From: Candidatus Moraniibacteriota bacterium
GTDB lineage: Bacteria > Patescibacteriota > Minisyncoccia > Moranbacterales > GWC2-37-73
Length of the DNA: 57,933 bases
Assembly: GCA_035390125.1 (NCBI GenBank)
Contig: DAOOTD010000001.1
Location: 182,003 to 239,935 of the forward strand
Reading direction: 5' to 3'
The notes below the pieces were generated by a model. It was not told the DNA's origin. It saw nothing but the letters and a program-made list of their open reading frames with translations, and made no database searches. Made by a program: the position numbers and the translations under genes. This document shows, piece after piece, positions 46,411 through 56,657 of this stretch. Position 1 is the stretch's first letter; each line of letters starts with the position of its first letter.

Positions 46411-49059
46411 TTATTTTCCGCAGCATTTTTTATACTTCTTACCTGATCCGCATGGACAAGGATCGTTTCGTCCAACTTTATTTTCATTTATGATTGGTTT
46501 TTGCTGAGCAGGAGCTTCGTTAGCGTCATTTTCTCTGGCTGCACCAAATTGTTCCTGGTTTTCTTCTGCTCCTTTATACTGTATATTTTTCGGTTGAGCT
46601 TGTGCTTGCATTTGATTTGGGACTAAAGAAATCCTGAAAATAGTCCTAACAGCCGTGGAACGCACATTTTCCATAAGATGAGAAAATAAATGGAAAGCCT
46701 CACGTTTATATTCAACCAATGGATCGCGCTGTCCGTATCCTCTAAGACCTATCCCCTGGCGTAAATAATCAATTTCATCCAGATGATTCATCCATAGAGT
46801 ATCGATTGTTTGCAGTATTATAGCCTTTTCAACTTGTTTAAAATTTTCTGCTCCTATTTCTTTTTCTTTCTGAATATAAGCTTCTTTAGCTTTGCCCATG
46901 ACATATTCAGTCATTAGTGAAATTTTTTCCGCTACATTTTTGGATTTATCATCGCGTATTTGTTCGATTTTCTTTTTATCTTGGTCTGAAAAAGGAAAGA
47001 TATTCTGGATTTCAGCTGAAATAATTTCTGTATTCCATTCATATTCTTCCCCCAAAGAGTGCATGGAAATATTTCTTTCGATTTCTTCGTTAATATAACT
47101 CATCATTTCATTTCTAACTTCTTCGGCTGCTAAAATTTCCTTGCGTTTTTTATAAACAACTTCTCTTTGTTTATTCATCACATCGTCATAATCCAAAACG
47201 TGTTTTCGAATATCAAAATTATAACCTTCAATTTTTGATTGTGCGCTCTCAATAGTCTTTGAAATAATTGAATTCTGAATCGGCTGATCTTCCGGAAGCC
47301 CAAGCGTATCCATCATATTTTTCAATTTATCGCCACCAAATCTGCGCATAAGCTCATCTTCAAGCGAAACATAGAATTGGCTGGTTCCAGGGTCACCTTG
47401 TCGTCCTGCGCGTCCCCGGAGCTGATTATCAATACGTCTGGCTTCATGACGTTCTGTACCGATTATACAAAGCCCGCCTACCTCCCTAACGCCTTCACCA
47501 AGTTTTATGTCAGTTCCTCGTCCTGCCATATTTGTGGCAATAGTTACAGCTCCCTTTTGTCCAGCATTTGCCACAATTAGAGCTTCTTTTTCATGATGCT
47601 TAGCATTTAAAACTTCATGTTTAATACCTTCTCGATCAAGGAGCGCGCTAAGATACTCAGATTTTTCAATGGCAATAGTACCAACCAAAATCGGTTGGCC
47701 TTTTTTATTAAGTTCTTTAATAAACTGAGTAATCGCATCGAATTTTCCTTTTTCAGTTTTATACACCACGTCCGGAAGATCCTGACGAATCATTTGCTTG
47801 TTGGTTGGAATCTCCAGTACATCTAACTTATATACTTTTGAAAATTCCTCCGCGCTGGTGGAAGCTGTTCCTGTCATGCCGGCTAATTTTTTATACATCC
47901 TAAAATAATTCTGAAATGTGATCGTTGCCAGCGTTCTTGATTCTTTTTGGACTTCCACTCTTTCTTTAGCTTCAATAGCTTGATGGAGACCATCGCTATA
48001 TCTCCTGCCCTCCATTAAGCGTCCGGTAAAATCATCAACAATTATTACTTGTCCTTCTTTTACAACGTAATCGCGATCGCGCTTAAAAATAACTTCAGCT
48101 TTAAGAGATTGCTCTAAATGATGGACATAATTTATTTTCCCCAGCTCATAAATATTTCCGACTCCTAGTTCTTTTTCCACCTTGGAAATGCCAGCTTCTG
48201 TCAGTGTAGCTGCTTTCATTTTTTCATCCACTTCATAATCCTCTCTTTCCTTGAGTCTTGGAACAATTTGGGCAAAACGCTGGTATAATTTTGTTGATTC
48301 ACTGTCGGGTGCAGAAATAATTAAAGGAGTTCTGGCTTCATCAATCAAAATTGAGTCAACTTCGTCAACAATGGCATAATTTAGTCCCCCATTTGAGTCC
48401 GGTCTTTGTGCCATTTGTTCAAAACTCTGCACCATATTGTCGCGCAGATAGTCAAATCCAAATTCATTGTTGGTTCCATAAGTTATATCAGCTGCATAAG
48501 CTTCACGCCGGGTAATTTCTTTGAGATTTTCCATTTCTACACTAACTTCCTCTTTATCAACAACTTTTGGTTCATATAAATAGGAGACATCATGCATTAT
48601 GCAAGCTGTTGAAAGTCCAAGAGCATAGTATACGCTACCCATCCAATTACAGTCGCGTTTCGCCAGATAATCATTAACTGTAACTACATGCACTCCTTTG
48701 CCTTCCAGCGCATTAAGGTATATTGCCAATGTTGAAGTTAAAGTTTTTCCTTCGCCAGTTTTCATTTCTGTTATTGTCCCTCTATGCAAAGCAATTCCGC
48801 CCATGAGTTGCACATCATAGTGGCGTTCACCGATAATTCTCTTTGCAACTTCCCGCACAACAGCAAAAGCTTCCGGAAGAATATCATCCAGAGTTTTACC
48901 TTTATCAAGCTTTTCTTTAAGTTCTTTTCTTTTATTTTTTAATTCTTCATCTGAAAGAGCGCTAATTGTTTTCTCAAGCGCGTTAATAGAATCTACAATG
49001 GGTTGCAGTTTTCTTATTTCCCTTTCATTTGATCCAAAGATTTTAGTTAAAAATTCCAT
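46411..49059 (-). CDS. secA: Preprotein translocase ATPase SecA
   Basis: 882 aa. MKTGEGKT, DEVDSILIDEARTPLIIS and a C-terminal zinc motif CPCGSGKKYKKCCG. Confidence 0.98.
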   Translation of the reverse strand: MEFLTKIFGSNEREIRKLQPIVDSINALEKTISALSDEELKNKRKELKEKLDKGKTLDDILPEAFAVVREVAKRIIGERHYDVQLMGGIALHRGTITEMKTGEGKTLTSTLAIYLNALEGKGVHVVTVNDYLAKRDCNWMGSVYYALGLSTACIMHDVSYLYEPKVVDKEEVSVEMENLKEITRREAYAADITYGTNNEFGFDYLRDNMVQSFEQMAQRPDSNGGLNYAIVDEVDSILIDEARTPLIISAPDSESTKLYQRFAQIVPRLKEREDYEVDEKMKAATLTEAGISKVEKELGVGNIYELGKINYVHHLEQSLKAEVIFKRDRDYVVKEGQVIIVDDFTGRLMEGRRYSDGLHQAIEAKERVEVQKESRTLATITFQNYFRMYKKLAGMTGTASTSAEEFSKVYKLDVLEIPTNKQMIRQDLPDVVYKTEKGKFDAITQFIKELNKKGQPILVGTIAIEKSEYLSALLDREGIKHEVLNAKHHEKEALIVANAGQKGAVTIATNMAGRGTDIKLGEGVREVGGLCIIGTERHEARRIDNQLRGRAGRQGDPGTSQFYVSLEDELMRRFGGDKLKNMMDTLGLPEDQPIQNSIISKTIESAQSKIEGYNFDIRKHVLDYDDVMNKQREVVYKKRKEILAAEEVRNEMMSYINEEIERNISMHSLGEEYEWNTEIISAEIQNIFPFSDQDKKKIEQIRDDKSKNVAEKISLMTEYVMGKAKEAYIQKEKEIGAENFKQVEKAIILQTIDTLWMNHLDEIDYLRQGIGLRGYGQRDPLVEYKREAFHLFSHLMENVRSTAVRTIFRISLVPNQMQAQAQPKNIQYKGAEENQEQFGAARENDANEAPAQQKPIINENKVGRNDPCPCGSGKKYKKCCGK

Positions 49060-49213
49060 AAAATAAACACAACATAACCCTATTTTAGGGTTATTTTAAA
49101 ACATCAATTTCTTTGTTTATTTTACATCAAAAAAACCCCTTGGTCAAAGGGATTTTACGTTTTTAATAAATTTCTTTTTTTATAATCATCATCCTTAATA
49201 TTTTTCAAAGTTA

Positions 49214-49930
49214 CTAAAATACTTCAAAAATAATCGAACCATCTGTTTCAATACCTGTGCATTGTCCCTTTAAAGCTACTATTTCTCCAGGAATAATTCT
49301 TTGTTTTATTTGATCCAAATTTTGAACATCAAGTTTTACTATAACATGCACAGGATAGACAGGATTGCTATTTAAAAAACCTTTCGCGTAATATCCTCCA
49401 AAAGAATTGGTATCAGAAATTTTAATATTCCAAGACAAAATTGTATCTGCAGTTATGGTTTTACTTTTGCATTGCTGCCACTGATTAATGCTTTGTGATT
49501 TTATCTGATTCGCATCCAATTTTTCAGTCTCGCATTCTTTCCTAAAATACGCCCATTCTTCGCATTCTGACCCATCGCTAAATTTACAGTATCCGGTTTG
49601 ACCTCCATCAAACGCGGTTCTGATTTCTAATTTGCCGCCATTCTGTTCGCAATAAACCGAAGCAGGATTTGCCATTTGCTGTTTACTGTCTGCTATATCC
49701 TGTTTACTGGCCACTGGGCACGGTGCAAATTCACAATTCGGTCCAGTCCGTCCGACATAAGATCCGTCATCGCAAAGTTTGGCTTCCATGGTACAAGCTT
49801 TTTGTTCTGGCTGTTTATTATCAACTTCTGATATCTTCTGGTTCTGCCAATAAAATATTCCTCCGACCACTATAGCTAAAAGCGAAATTATCCCAATTGA
49901 AACTTCACTGGCGATTTTTTTATTAAGCAT
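49214..49930 (-). CDS. Membrane-anchored DUF333-like protein
   Basis: 238 aa. N-terminal TM helix and the block NPASVYCEQNGGKLEIRT...GYCKFSDGSECEEWAYFRKEC, which resembles DUF333. Confidence 0.7.
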   Translation of the reverse strand: MLNKKIASEVSIGIISLLAIVVGGIFYWQNQKISEVDNKQPEQKACTMEAKLCDDGSYVGRTGPNCEFAPCPVASKQDIADSKQQMANPASVYCEQNGGKLEIRTAFDGGQTGYCKFSDGSECEEWAYFRKECETEKLDANQIKSQSINQWQQCKSKTITADTILSWNIKISDTNSFGGYYAKGFLNSNPVYPVHVIVKLDVQNLDQIKQRIIPGEIVALKGQCTGIETDGSIIFEVF

Positions 49931-49946
49931 TTCTTTATTTTAATTT

Positions 49947-50411
49947 TTATTTGATTGTCTTTTTCAAAAAATATGCAGACTTATTGCCATAAAGACTCCT
50001 GACCATTCCGCATTTTTTAAAACCAAGCTTTTGATAAAAAGCAATTGTTCCCCTGTCTTGAGTGCCAGTATCAAGAAAAATGCTTTCGCCTTTCTTGGTT
50101 TTGCCGAATATTTTTTGCAACAATGATTTGCCCACACCCTGTCTTCTGTATTTTTTTTCAACAATCAAATACCTTATCCAGTTTTTCACAATATCTTCAT
50201 AGACAAAAATAATTCCTCCAATTACTTTGTTTTCAGATTTTGCCACATAACTTGTGCCCGGCTGGACAAAGGAGGATTTTATATAATTTTTTGTAAGCCA
50301 ACTTTCATCCTTCCAGTGAGCCTTGCCCATTTCCAGTAAAGCATTGATATCTTTGGCTGACATTTTTGCAATTCTTATTTCCGGCTTCAATCTTCTTTTA
50401 TTGTTAATCAT
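49947..50411 (-). CDS. GNAT-family N-acetyltransferase
   Basis: 154 aa. RRQGVGKSLLQKI acetyl-CoA-binding motif. Confidence 0.85.
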   Translation of the reverse strand: MINNKRRLKPEIRIAKMSAKDINALLEMGKAHWKDESWLTKNYIKSSFVQPGTSYVAKSENKVIGGIIFVYEDIVKNWIRYLIVEKKYRRQGVGKSLLQKIFGKTKKGESIFLDTGTQDRGTIAFYQKLGFKKCGMVRSLYGNKSAYFLKKTIK

Positions 50412-50413
50412 AT

Positions 50414-50776
50414 TTAAAATCTGGCACCATTATCAACCACCATCTTCTTTTTCAGTGACCTAGCACCGCGTTTTTTGAGCGTTCTGAGCTTGTCTTTCAT
50501 GTGAGTCATCTGATCCTGGAGTTCGTCCACAACCATATCAGTTGAAGCTTCAATGCTGTCTGTTGTATTATCAGCCCTGAACAAATTACGCGAGGTGTGT
50601 ATCATTACCTCTACTCTAAATTTTCCTTTTTTATCTAAATCTATTTCCACCTCGGTTTTTAAAATATTATCAATGAACTTATCTAGAGTGCTTAGTCTTT
50701 TCTCTACATATTTTTTAGTGCGTTCATCAATTTCAACTCCCTTGTAAAAAAACTTCATGTTTTTTTCTGTGATCAT
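50414..50776 (-). CDS. hpf: Ribosome hibernation factor (short HPF/RaiA)
   Basis: 120 aa. Layout typical of HPF (VEKRLSTLDKF..., EVEID..., ASTDMVVDELQDQM). The start may be the ATG 18 nt downstream. Confidence 0.8.
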   Translation of the reverse strand: MITEKNMKFFYKGVEIDERTKKYVEKRLSTLDKFIDNILKTEVEIDLDKKGKFRVEVMIHTSRNLFRADNTTDSIEASTDMVVDELQDQMTHMKDKLRTLKKRGARSLKKKMVVDNGARF

Positions 50777-50801
50777 ATTTTTTATGTTAAAAAATTAATT
50801 T

Positions 50802-51743
50802 TTAAAATCCTAAAAGCTTTACCTCTTCAACCAGTTGTACCCCAAATTTAGTCCTGACTTTTTGCTTTATAATACTTGCTAACATTATAACATCTTCGGC
50901 TGTAGCATTTCCTATATTAACAATAAAATTGGCATGTTTTTCGCTGACGGCCGCTCCTCCAATTTGTTTTCCTGATAATCCGGCTTCCTGAATCAGCCAG
51001 CCAGCTGGGATTATATTATTTATATTTTTTTTTCCACTGTCTTTTTCGAATTCTTCCAATAATTTTTTATTGTTTATGACTGGATTTACAAAAAAAGATC
51101 CTGCATTTTTTGATTCCCTTGGATTTTTTTCTTTCCTTTGCAGTATAATATTCCTCATTTTATTATTAATTTCTTCTCTATTGCCTTCTTTTAGTTTAAA
51201 GATCACGGAAGCAATTATTAAATCTGGATTTTTTTTAAATAAACTATTCCTGTACGCAAATTGACATTCTTTAGCTGAAAAAATTTTCTTTTTTAAATTA
51301 TCATCAGTATAAATGCATTCGACTCTATCAACTATATTTTGCATGTCTCCACCAAAAGCTCCGGCATTTCCCCTAACAGCTCCCCCAACTGTTCCAGGAA
51401 TTCCAACGGCCCACTCCAGACCTGATAAAGAGTTATCTCTGGCAAAATTTACTATTTTTGCCAAACTTTCGCCCGCAAAACATTCTATTGAATTATTTTC
51501 ATTAACTTTTAACTTTAAATCTTCTGTTTTTAATTTTATGATTATTCCATCAAATCCATTATCGCTTATTAATATATTACTTCCACTACCCAGAACAAAA
51601 AAATCAATTTTATTTTCTAAAGCGTACTTTAAAGCTTCTTCGAGTTCATTTTCATTCACAACTTCTACAAAATATCGGGCCTCTCCGCCAATGTTAAAGC
51701 TTGTATGGATAGCCATTTTTATGTTTTTTTGGATATTCAACAT
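50802..51743 (-). CDS. murB: UDP-N-acetylenolpyruvoylglucosamine reductase MurB
   Basis: 313 aa. FAD-binding GGEARYF...LGSGSNIL and a C-terminal SAGSFFVNP block. Confidence 0.93.
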   Translation of the reverse strand: MLNIQKNIKMAIHTSFNIGGEARYFVEVVNENELEEALKYALENKIDFFVLGSGSNILISDNGFDGIIIKLKTEDLKLKVNENNSIECFAGESLAKIVNFARDNSLSGLEWAVGIPGTVGGAVRGNAGAFGGDMQNIVDRVECIYTDDNLKKKIFSAKECQFAYRNSLFKKNPDLIIASVIFKLKEGNREEINNKMRNIILQRKEKNPRESKNAGSFFVNPVINNKKLLEEFEKDSGKKNINNIIPAGWLIQEAGLSGKQIGGAAVSEKHANFIVNIGNATAEDVIMLASIIKQKVRTKFGVQLVEEVKLLGF

Positions 51744-51755
51744 AATCTTATAATT

Positions 51756-54482
51756 TTAATCTTTAATTTCCGCTTTCCTACCTTCTTCAAAAATAAACAC
51801 CACTATTACAGATATAATAACCGCCACCCAATCCTGCCAAGCTATCGGCAACATGTGCAGATATTTTTGGCAAAAAGGAATATACATAAAAGACAATAGT
51901 ATTCCGATAGAAACAAGTATTGATATTATAGCAAATTTATTTCTAAAAAAACCTATTTTAAAAACTGAAAGTGTTTCACTCCTTGCCTGCAATAGGTTTG
52001 CCATTTGTGTCATTGCAATTACAGCATAAGCAGCAGTTGTCGATCTGATATATAATACGCTATTAGCGTCTACTTTATCTCCAAAATCCCAGCCTCCTCT
52101 TTTCATGGAAAGAATAAAGGTTATTACTGCTCCAATTGCCATTATAAGACCAACCTTTATAAGTCGCCATATTCCTTGTTTATTTATTATTTTTTCCTTT
52201 ATATTAAAGGGTTTTCTCTTCATAACTCCCGGCTCTGAAGGTTCCAATCCTAAAGAAAAAGAAGGAAAAATATCGGTGCCTAAGTCTACAGCTAAAATCT
52301 GCACAGCAGCTATTGGTGGTGGGATTTGCAGTAAAACGCCGATAATCACTGTGAAAAATTCACTCACATTGGAAGTAAAAACATAATAGACAAATTTCTT
52401 AAGATTCTGATAAATAGTACGACCCTCTTTCACAACTCTTACAATTGATGCAAAATTATCATCCAATAGAATCATATCAGATGCCTCCTTGGAAACATCG
52501 GTTCCTATTACTCCCATAGCTACACCAATATCAGCTTTTTTAAGAGCTGGCGCATCATTAACGCCGTCTCCTGTCATAGCAATGACTGCATCATTATTTT
52601 TAAGAATCGTAGCAATGCGCAATTTCTGCTCAGGCGCAATTCTGGCAAAAACAACTTCTTTTTGGGAAATTTTCTCAAATAACTCTTCATCCGTCATCTG
52701 ATTCAGTGTTTTTCCATTTATAATTTCTGAATTTTTAGATTTTAAAAGTCCTATTTTTCTGGCAATAGCTTCGGCTGTAAGCTCATAATCTCCAGTAATC
52801 ATAATTACTTTTATGCCTGAGTTAATGCAATCTTCAATAGCCTTATGCACATCCAACCGTGGAGGATCTATCATTCCCATCATGCCAATCCAAGTCAAAT
52901 TTTTATCTGCTTCATTTGTAAAATTATTTTCTGCAACATTATTCATATTTCTCTCTGCAAAAGCCAAAACTCTCAAGGCTTGCTTGGACATTAAATTATA
53001 GCTGTCCCTGACTTTTTGTTTCTCTCCATCGGAAAGAGGAATCACATTTCCATTAATTTGTATTTGATTGCAGAGATCCAATAGCACATCTGGAGAACCT
53101 TTTACATATGAACTTATGCTTTCATTTTTTTCGTTCTTATAAACAACACTCATTCTCATTTTTTCTGAAGAAAAAGGAATCTCATTTATTTTTTTCTCGT
53201 CTTTTAATATCTTTTGAAAATTTTCATTATATTTTCTGGCAGCTACAATTAGGGCTCCTTCGGTTGGATCTCCTGTTATCTCAAATTTTTCACCATCTTT
53301 TATAAGTTCAGAACTATTGCAAAGACTAGCAATACGCATGATTTTTTCTAGAACAGGGATTTTTTTATGATCAACAATTCTGCCAAACTGATAAAAATTT
53401 CCTTTCGGTTCATATCCCTGACCATCAACAATAAATTCATCTTCGCCACCAGCAATAATATTAGTAACCATAAGTTCATTACGAGTTATGGTTCCCGTTT
53501 TATCGGTACATATTATATTAACTGAAGCTAAAGTTTCAACCGCATTGAGTTTTTTTGCTAATACATTATGCTTCAGTAATTTTTTCATTCCTAAAGAAAG
53601 AGTTACAGATACAGCTGCTGGCAATCCTTCGGGTACAACTGAAACAGCCAAGGCTAAAGCGAAAAGAAAATTATCATACCATGATTTTTCATAATAATAC
53701 CCGGCAATTAAAACAAGAATGCCTACACTTACTGCTAAAATGGTAACATCACGACCAAGAACTCTCATTTGTTTTTGAAGTGGAGTTTCATCTTCTTTAA
53801 CATTACTAACCAAATGGGCTATTTTTCCAAGTGCCGTGTCCATACCTGTTTGAGAAACAACTGCAACAGCTTCGCCACGCGTTAAAGTGCTGCCCATAAA
53901 AATCATGTTGGAAATATCGGCAACACTTAAATTTTCTCCCGAAATTGAACTAATTTGTTTTTTCTTGGGTTTTGATTCTCCAGTAAAAATAAATTCATTT
54001 GCATAAAGATCATATCCTTCCAGTAAATAGGCATCTGCTGGAACAGTATCGCCGGAAGAAAGACAAATAACATCTCCAGCAACCAAAAAGCGTGAATCAA
54101 TTTCTATTTTTTTACCATCGCGCATAACTATAGCTTTGTCGGTTGTGAGTTTGCGTATATTTTCCAATGTTTTTTCTGCTCTGAATTCCTGAAAAAAACC
54201 AATTATAGCATTAATAAAAACAATCAAAAGTATAATTGTAGTATCGCGATATTCTTCGAATAATAAAGCCAAAAAAGCAGCCACCAGCAAAATCCAGACC
54301 AAGGCATCATTAAACTGTCGAAACAGTAATGAAAACCAACTCCAAGCCTGTTTTTTGCGAACCATATTTGGCCCGTTTTTTTTCAGCCTCAAATTAGCCT
54401 CCTGTGAAGACAGTCCTTTTTTAGTCGCAGAAAATTTTTCTAAGATTTCATCAGCATTTAAATTGTATATTTGTTTTTCCAT
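51756..54482 (-). CDS. P-type (type II-like) cation-transporting ATPase
   Basis: 908 aa. TGES, CTDKTGTIT and MTGDGVNDAPALKKADIGVAMG, with ~10 TM helices. Confidence 0.93.
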   Translation of the reverse strand: MEKQIYNLNADEILEKFSATKKGLSSQEANLRLKKNGPNMVRKKQAWSWFSLLFRQFNDALVWILLVAAFLALLFEEYRDTTIILLIVFINAIIGFFQEFRAEKTLENIRKLTTDKAIVMRDGKKIEIDSRFLVAGDVICLSSGDTVPADAYLLEGYDLYANEFIFTGESKPKKKQISSISGENLSVADISNMIFMGSTLTRGEAVAVVSQTGMDTALGKIAHLVSNVKEDETPLQKQMRVLGRDVTILAVSVGILVLIAGYYYEKSWYDNFLFALALAVSVVPEGLPAAVSVTLSLGMKKLLKHNVLAKKLNAVETLASVNIICTDKTGTITRNELMVTNIIAGGEDEFIVDGQGYEPKGNFYQFGRIVDHKKIPVLEKIMRIASLCNSSELIKDGEKFEITGDPTEGALIVAARKYNENFQKILKDEKKINEIPFSSEKMRMSVVYKNEKNESISSYVKGSPDVLLDLCNQIQINGNVIPLSDGEKQKVRDSYNLMSKQALRVLAFAERNMNNVAENNFTNEADKNLTWIGMMGMIDPPRLDVHKAIEDCINSGIKVIMITGDYELTAEAIARKIGLLKSKNSEIINGKTLNQMTDEELFEKISQKEVVFARIAPEQKLRIATILKNNDAVIAMTGDGVNDAPALKKADIGVAMGVIGTDVSKEASDMILLDDNFASIVRVVKEGRTIYQNLKKFVYYVFTSNVSEFFTVIIGVLLQIPPPIAAVQILAVDLGTDIFPSFSLGLEPSEPGVMKRKPFNIKEKIINKQGIWRLIKVGLIMAIGAVITFILSMKRGGWDFGDKVDANSVLYIRSTTAAYAVIAMTQMANLLQARSETLSVFKIGFFRNKFAIISILVSIGILLSFMYIPFCQKYLHMLPIAWQDWVAVIISVIVVFIFEEGRKAEIKD

Positions 54483-54524
54483 TTTAAATTTATATGCTTA
54501 ATAATTTGAACTATTTTTTTATTT

Positions 54525-55508
54525 TTAAATCATTGGAACATAAACACCAATAATAGCTTCTTTTAAATCTACCTCATTGGCAACTCTGAGTTCTGTTACC
54601 TTCTCTGGGACATTTTTATGCCCGGGCAAAAATTGTCTATATAAATCCTTATCTTTTTCCCAAAATTGAGAAATAGCCTTTTTTATATTTTCTTTTCCTG
54701 TAATAGTGTGCGGCTCAACAACTTTTTCTTTCAATAATTTTATCAGTTTTATTCTCAGGTCTACTGGCATAATTTCCTCACCTAATATTGCATCCCTTTC
54801 TATCGTAAATTGATCGATAACTTCTTTTGCCGCGCTAATTCCATTAAATCCTTTGGCTTTTATAGCATTAAAAAAATCCTGGATCCTGTCCTGACTATGA
54901 TCACCAAAATATTTTTCATATATGCCATACCCCCCTTTAAAGGCATGTGCAACTCTTTTTTTAAAAATATTTTTCAATAAATCTCTTTTTTGATTTATGA
55001 CTTCCATCATTTCTTCCTTGTGTTTTTCAAGAAATTCTTCAACTATTTCTCCTTCCATATTCATCAAGTCTTCCTTTACAAAACTGGCGTCTGACATTTT
55101 AGCTAATTTTTCAGCACTAAAAACAAACCCACAGGTGTCTTTTCTCATATAACCCTTTCCTAAGGCAAAAAAAACATTTTCATCCATACCAATTAATTTA
55201 TCAATTTCATATGTCATAGCAGAAATACCTGATTTTTTAGAACTTTGCAATTCGCCAGCTTCTAATATTTTTACAAGTTTTGCAGGATCACTTATGATAG
55301 CGTGACTGAAATATGGCTCGTCGCCTAAAATTTCATCTATATTTTCTTCATTCAAAATAGGAATATTAAGATTTCCGGCTTTCTCAATTATATTTTCTCT
55401 ATTTTTTTCTGCTTCTAATTTTTCCGTAACTTTTTCAATTTCTTCCTGATCAACTTTCTCTATGCTTTTTACAGTAGGTTGTGGATTAAAAATATTGCTC
55501 TCATTCAT
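54525..55508 (-). CDS. Hypothetical protein (weak ADP-ribosyltransferase-like motif pattern)
   Basis: 327 aa with no TM helix. Contains YFSHAIISDPAKLVKILEAGEL, VFFALGKGYM and VTELRVANEVDLKEAIIGVYV. The interpretation is speculative. Confidence 0.6.
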   Translation of the reverse strand: MNESNIFNPQPTVKSIEKVDQEEIEKVTEKLEAEKNRENIIEKAGNLNIPILNEENIDEILGDEPYFSHAIISDPAKLVKILEAGELQSSKKSGISAMTYEIDKLIGMDENVFFALGKGYMRKDTCGFVFSAEKLAKMSDASFVKEDLMNMEGEIVEEFLEKHKEEMMEVINQKRDLLKNIFKKRVAHAFKGGYGIYEKYFGDHSQDRIQDFFNAIKAKGFNGISAAKEVIDQFTIERDAILGEEIMPVDLRIKLIKLLKEKVVEPHTITGKENIKKAISQFWEKDKDLYRQFLPGHKNVPEKVTELRVANEVDLKEAIIGVYVPMI

Positions 55509-55558
55509 ATTTAAAATTCAATATTAATTATCTTATTTCAATATACATAAACTATTTT

Positions 55559-56509
55559 TTAAAATTTGTTTTTTGCTTCTTTCATTTTTTCCAAAGAAGA
55601 TTCAAATTTTTTAAAATTTAACCTGAAAATTTCTGAGATATTTGATTGCTTGATGTTTTGTGCATAGATTCCCTTTTGTTCTTCAAGTGAATTTAATAAC
55701 TTTCCAAATATTATCTTTTCTATTTCAATTAGCGGTGCGTTAAAGTCTTTGGACATTTCTTTTAAAAGTCTTCTTAAATCATTTTCTTCTGCTGGCAAAA
55801 AAAATCTGGGAATATTTTTAAGTTCTTTTTTTACCAATTTTTTTTCTCCTGTTTTTTTATCTTTTTCCACTGTTATGCCAAAACGTAATTCCCCTCCCTG
55901 ACCTCCTCGCGCATCTTTTTTAAGTTGCTGTAACTTTTTTTCATACCTATCTCCTCCAGCTCTGTCATTAACCAAATCAATGGCACAAATAACTGCACCG
56001 CTTTCTTTGTCGACAATCACAGTGTCTGTTTTGTTTGTATAATCATCTAATTCTGATGATCTAAGTACGATAAAATCATTCCCCAAAACTCTGGATAATA
56101 AAACTGTTGATGCTTTTTCCCACCTAAAACTTAACTGACTTTCTTGTTCTCTTTCGCGATATTTAATAATCTGCTCATCTGAAACCTCTAAACCTTCTGA
56201 TGAATTGCTTTTCTCCCTAATTTCTGAAACATAAAAATTTTTTATAGATTCATTATTAATGCCAAAATTTTCATATTTTATATCTTTTATAAATTTTTCA
56301 TCTTTTTCCTGATCATAACTATCAAAAACCTCCATATTAATACGTCCGTCATTTAAAACCAGATTTTTTTCGCCTGGCTCACAATATTCATGATTAATTT
56401 TATCCGCTAAAGCTGAAAATAGTTTTTCAAATCCTTCTTCTGGATTTCTCTCAAAATCATTCCTCCTTTTCGGATTCTCAAATTTAAATTGTGGATCCAT
56501 ATTTTTCAT
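55559..56509 (-). CDS. Hypothetical protein
   Basis: 316 aa, soluble and K/E-rich. Central block FIVLRSSELDDYTNKTDTVIVDKESGAVICAIDLV. No family recognised. Confidence 0.6.
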   Translation of the reverse strand: MKNMDPQFKFENPKRRNDFERNPEEGFEKLFSALADKINHEYCEPGEKNLVLNDGRINMEVFDSYDQEKDEKFIKDIKYENFGINNESIKNFYVSEIREKSNSSEGLEVSDEQIIKYREREQESQLSFRWEKASTVLLSRVLGNDFIVLRSSELDDYTNKTDTVIVDKESGAVICAIDLVNDRAGGDRYEKKLQQLKKDARGGQGGELRFGITVEKDKKTGEKKLVKKELKNIPRFFLPAEENDLRRLLKEMSKDFNAPLIEIEKIIFGKLLNSLEEQKGIYAQNIKQSNISEIFRLNFKKFESSLEKMKEAKNKF

Positions 56510-56657
56510 TTTTATGAATTATTTTTAGTGCATTATATTCCAGGATTTATTTCGTGATTTTTTTATTTCTTCCAACTCGTCTTCAATAAATTCTCCTACT
56601 ATCCTTGGATTTTTGTAATACAGCTCACACAACCATTAAATCCTATAGTAAATAACT

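Noticed and set aside
49070-49100. The hairpin ATAACCCT-ATTTT-AGGGTTAT, 17 nt upstream of the secA ATG. Considered as a regulatory element.
   Set aside because: It is a single short hairpin in an AT-rich leader, with no recognisable SD sequestration logic and no supporting conservation data. It could equally be a weak terminator remnant, so it is not reported as a feature.
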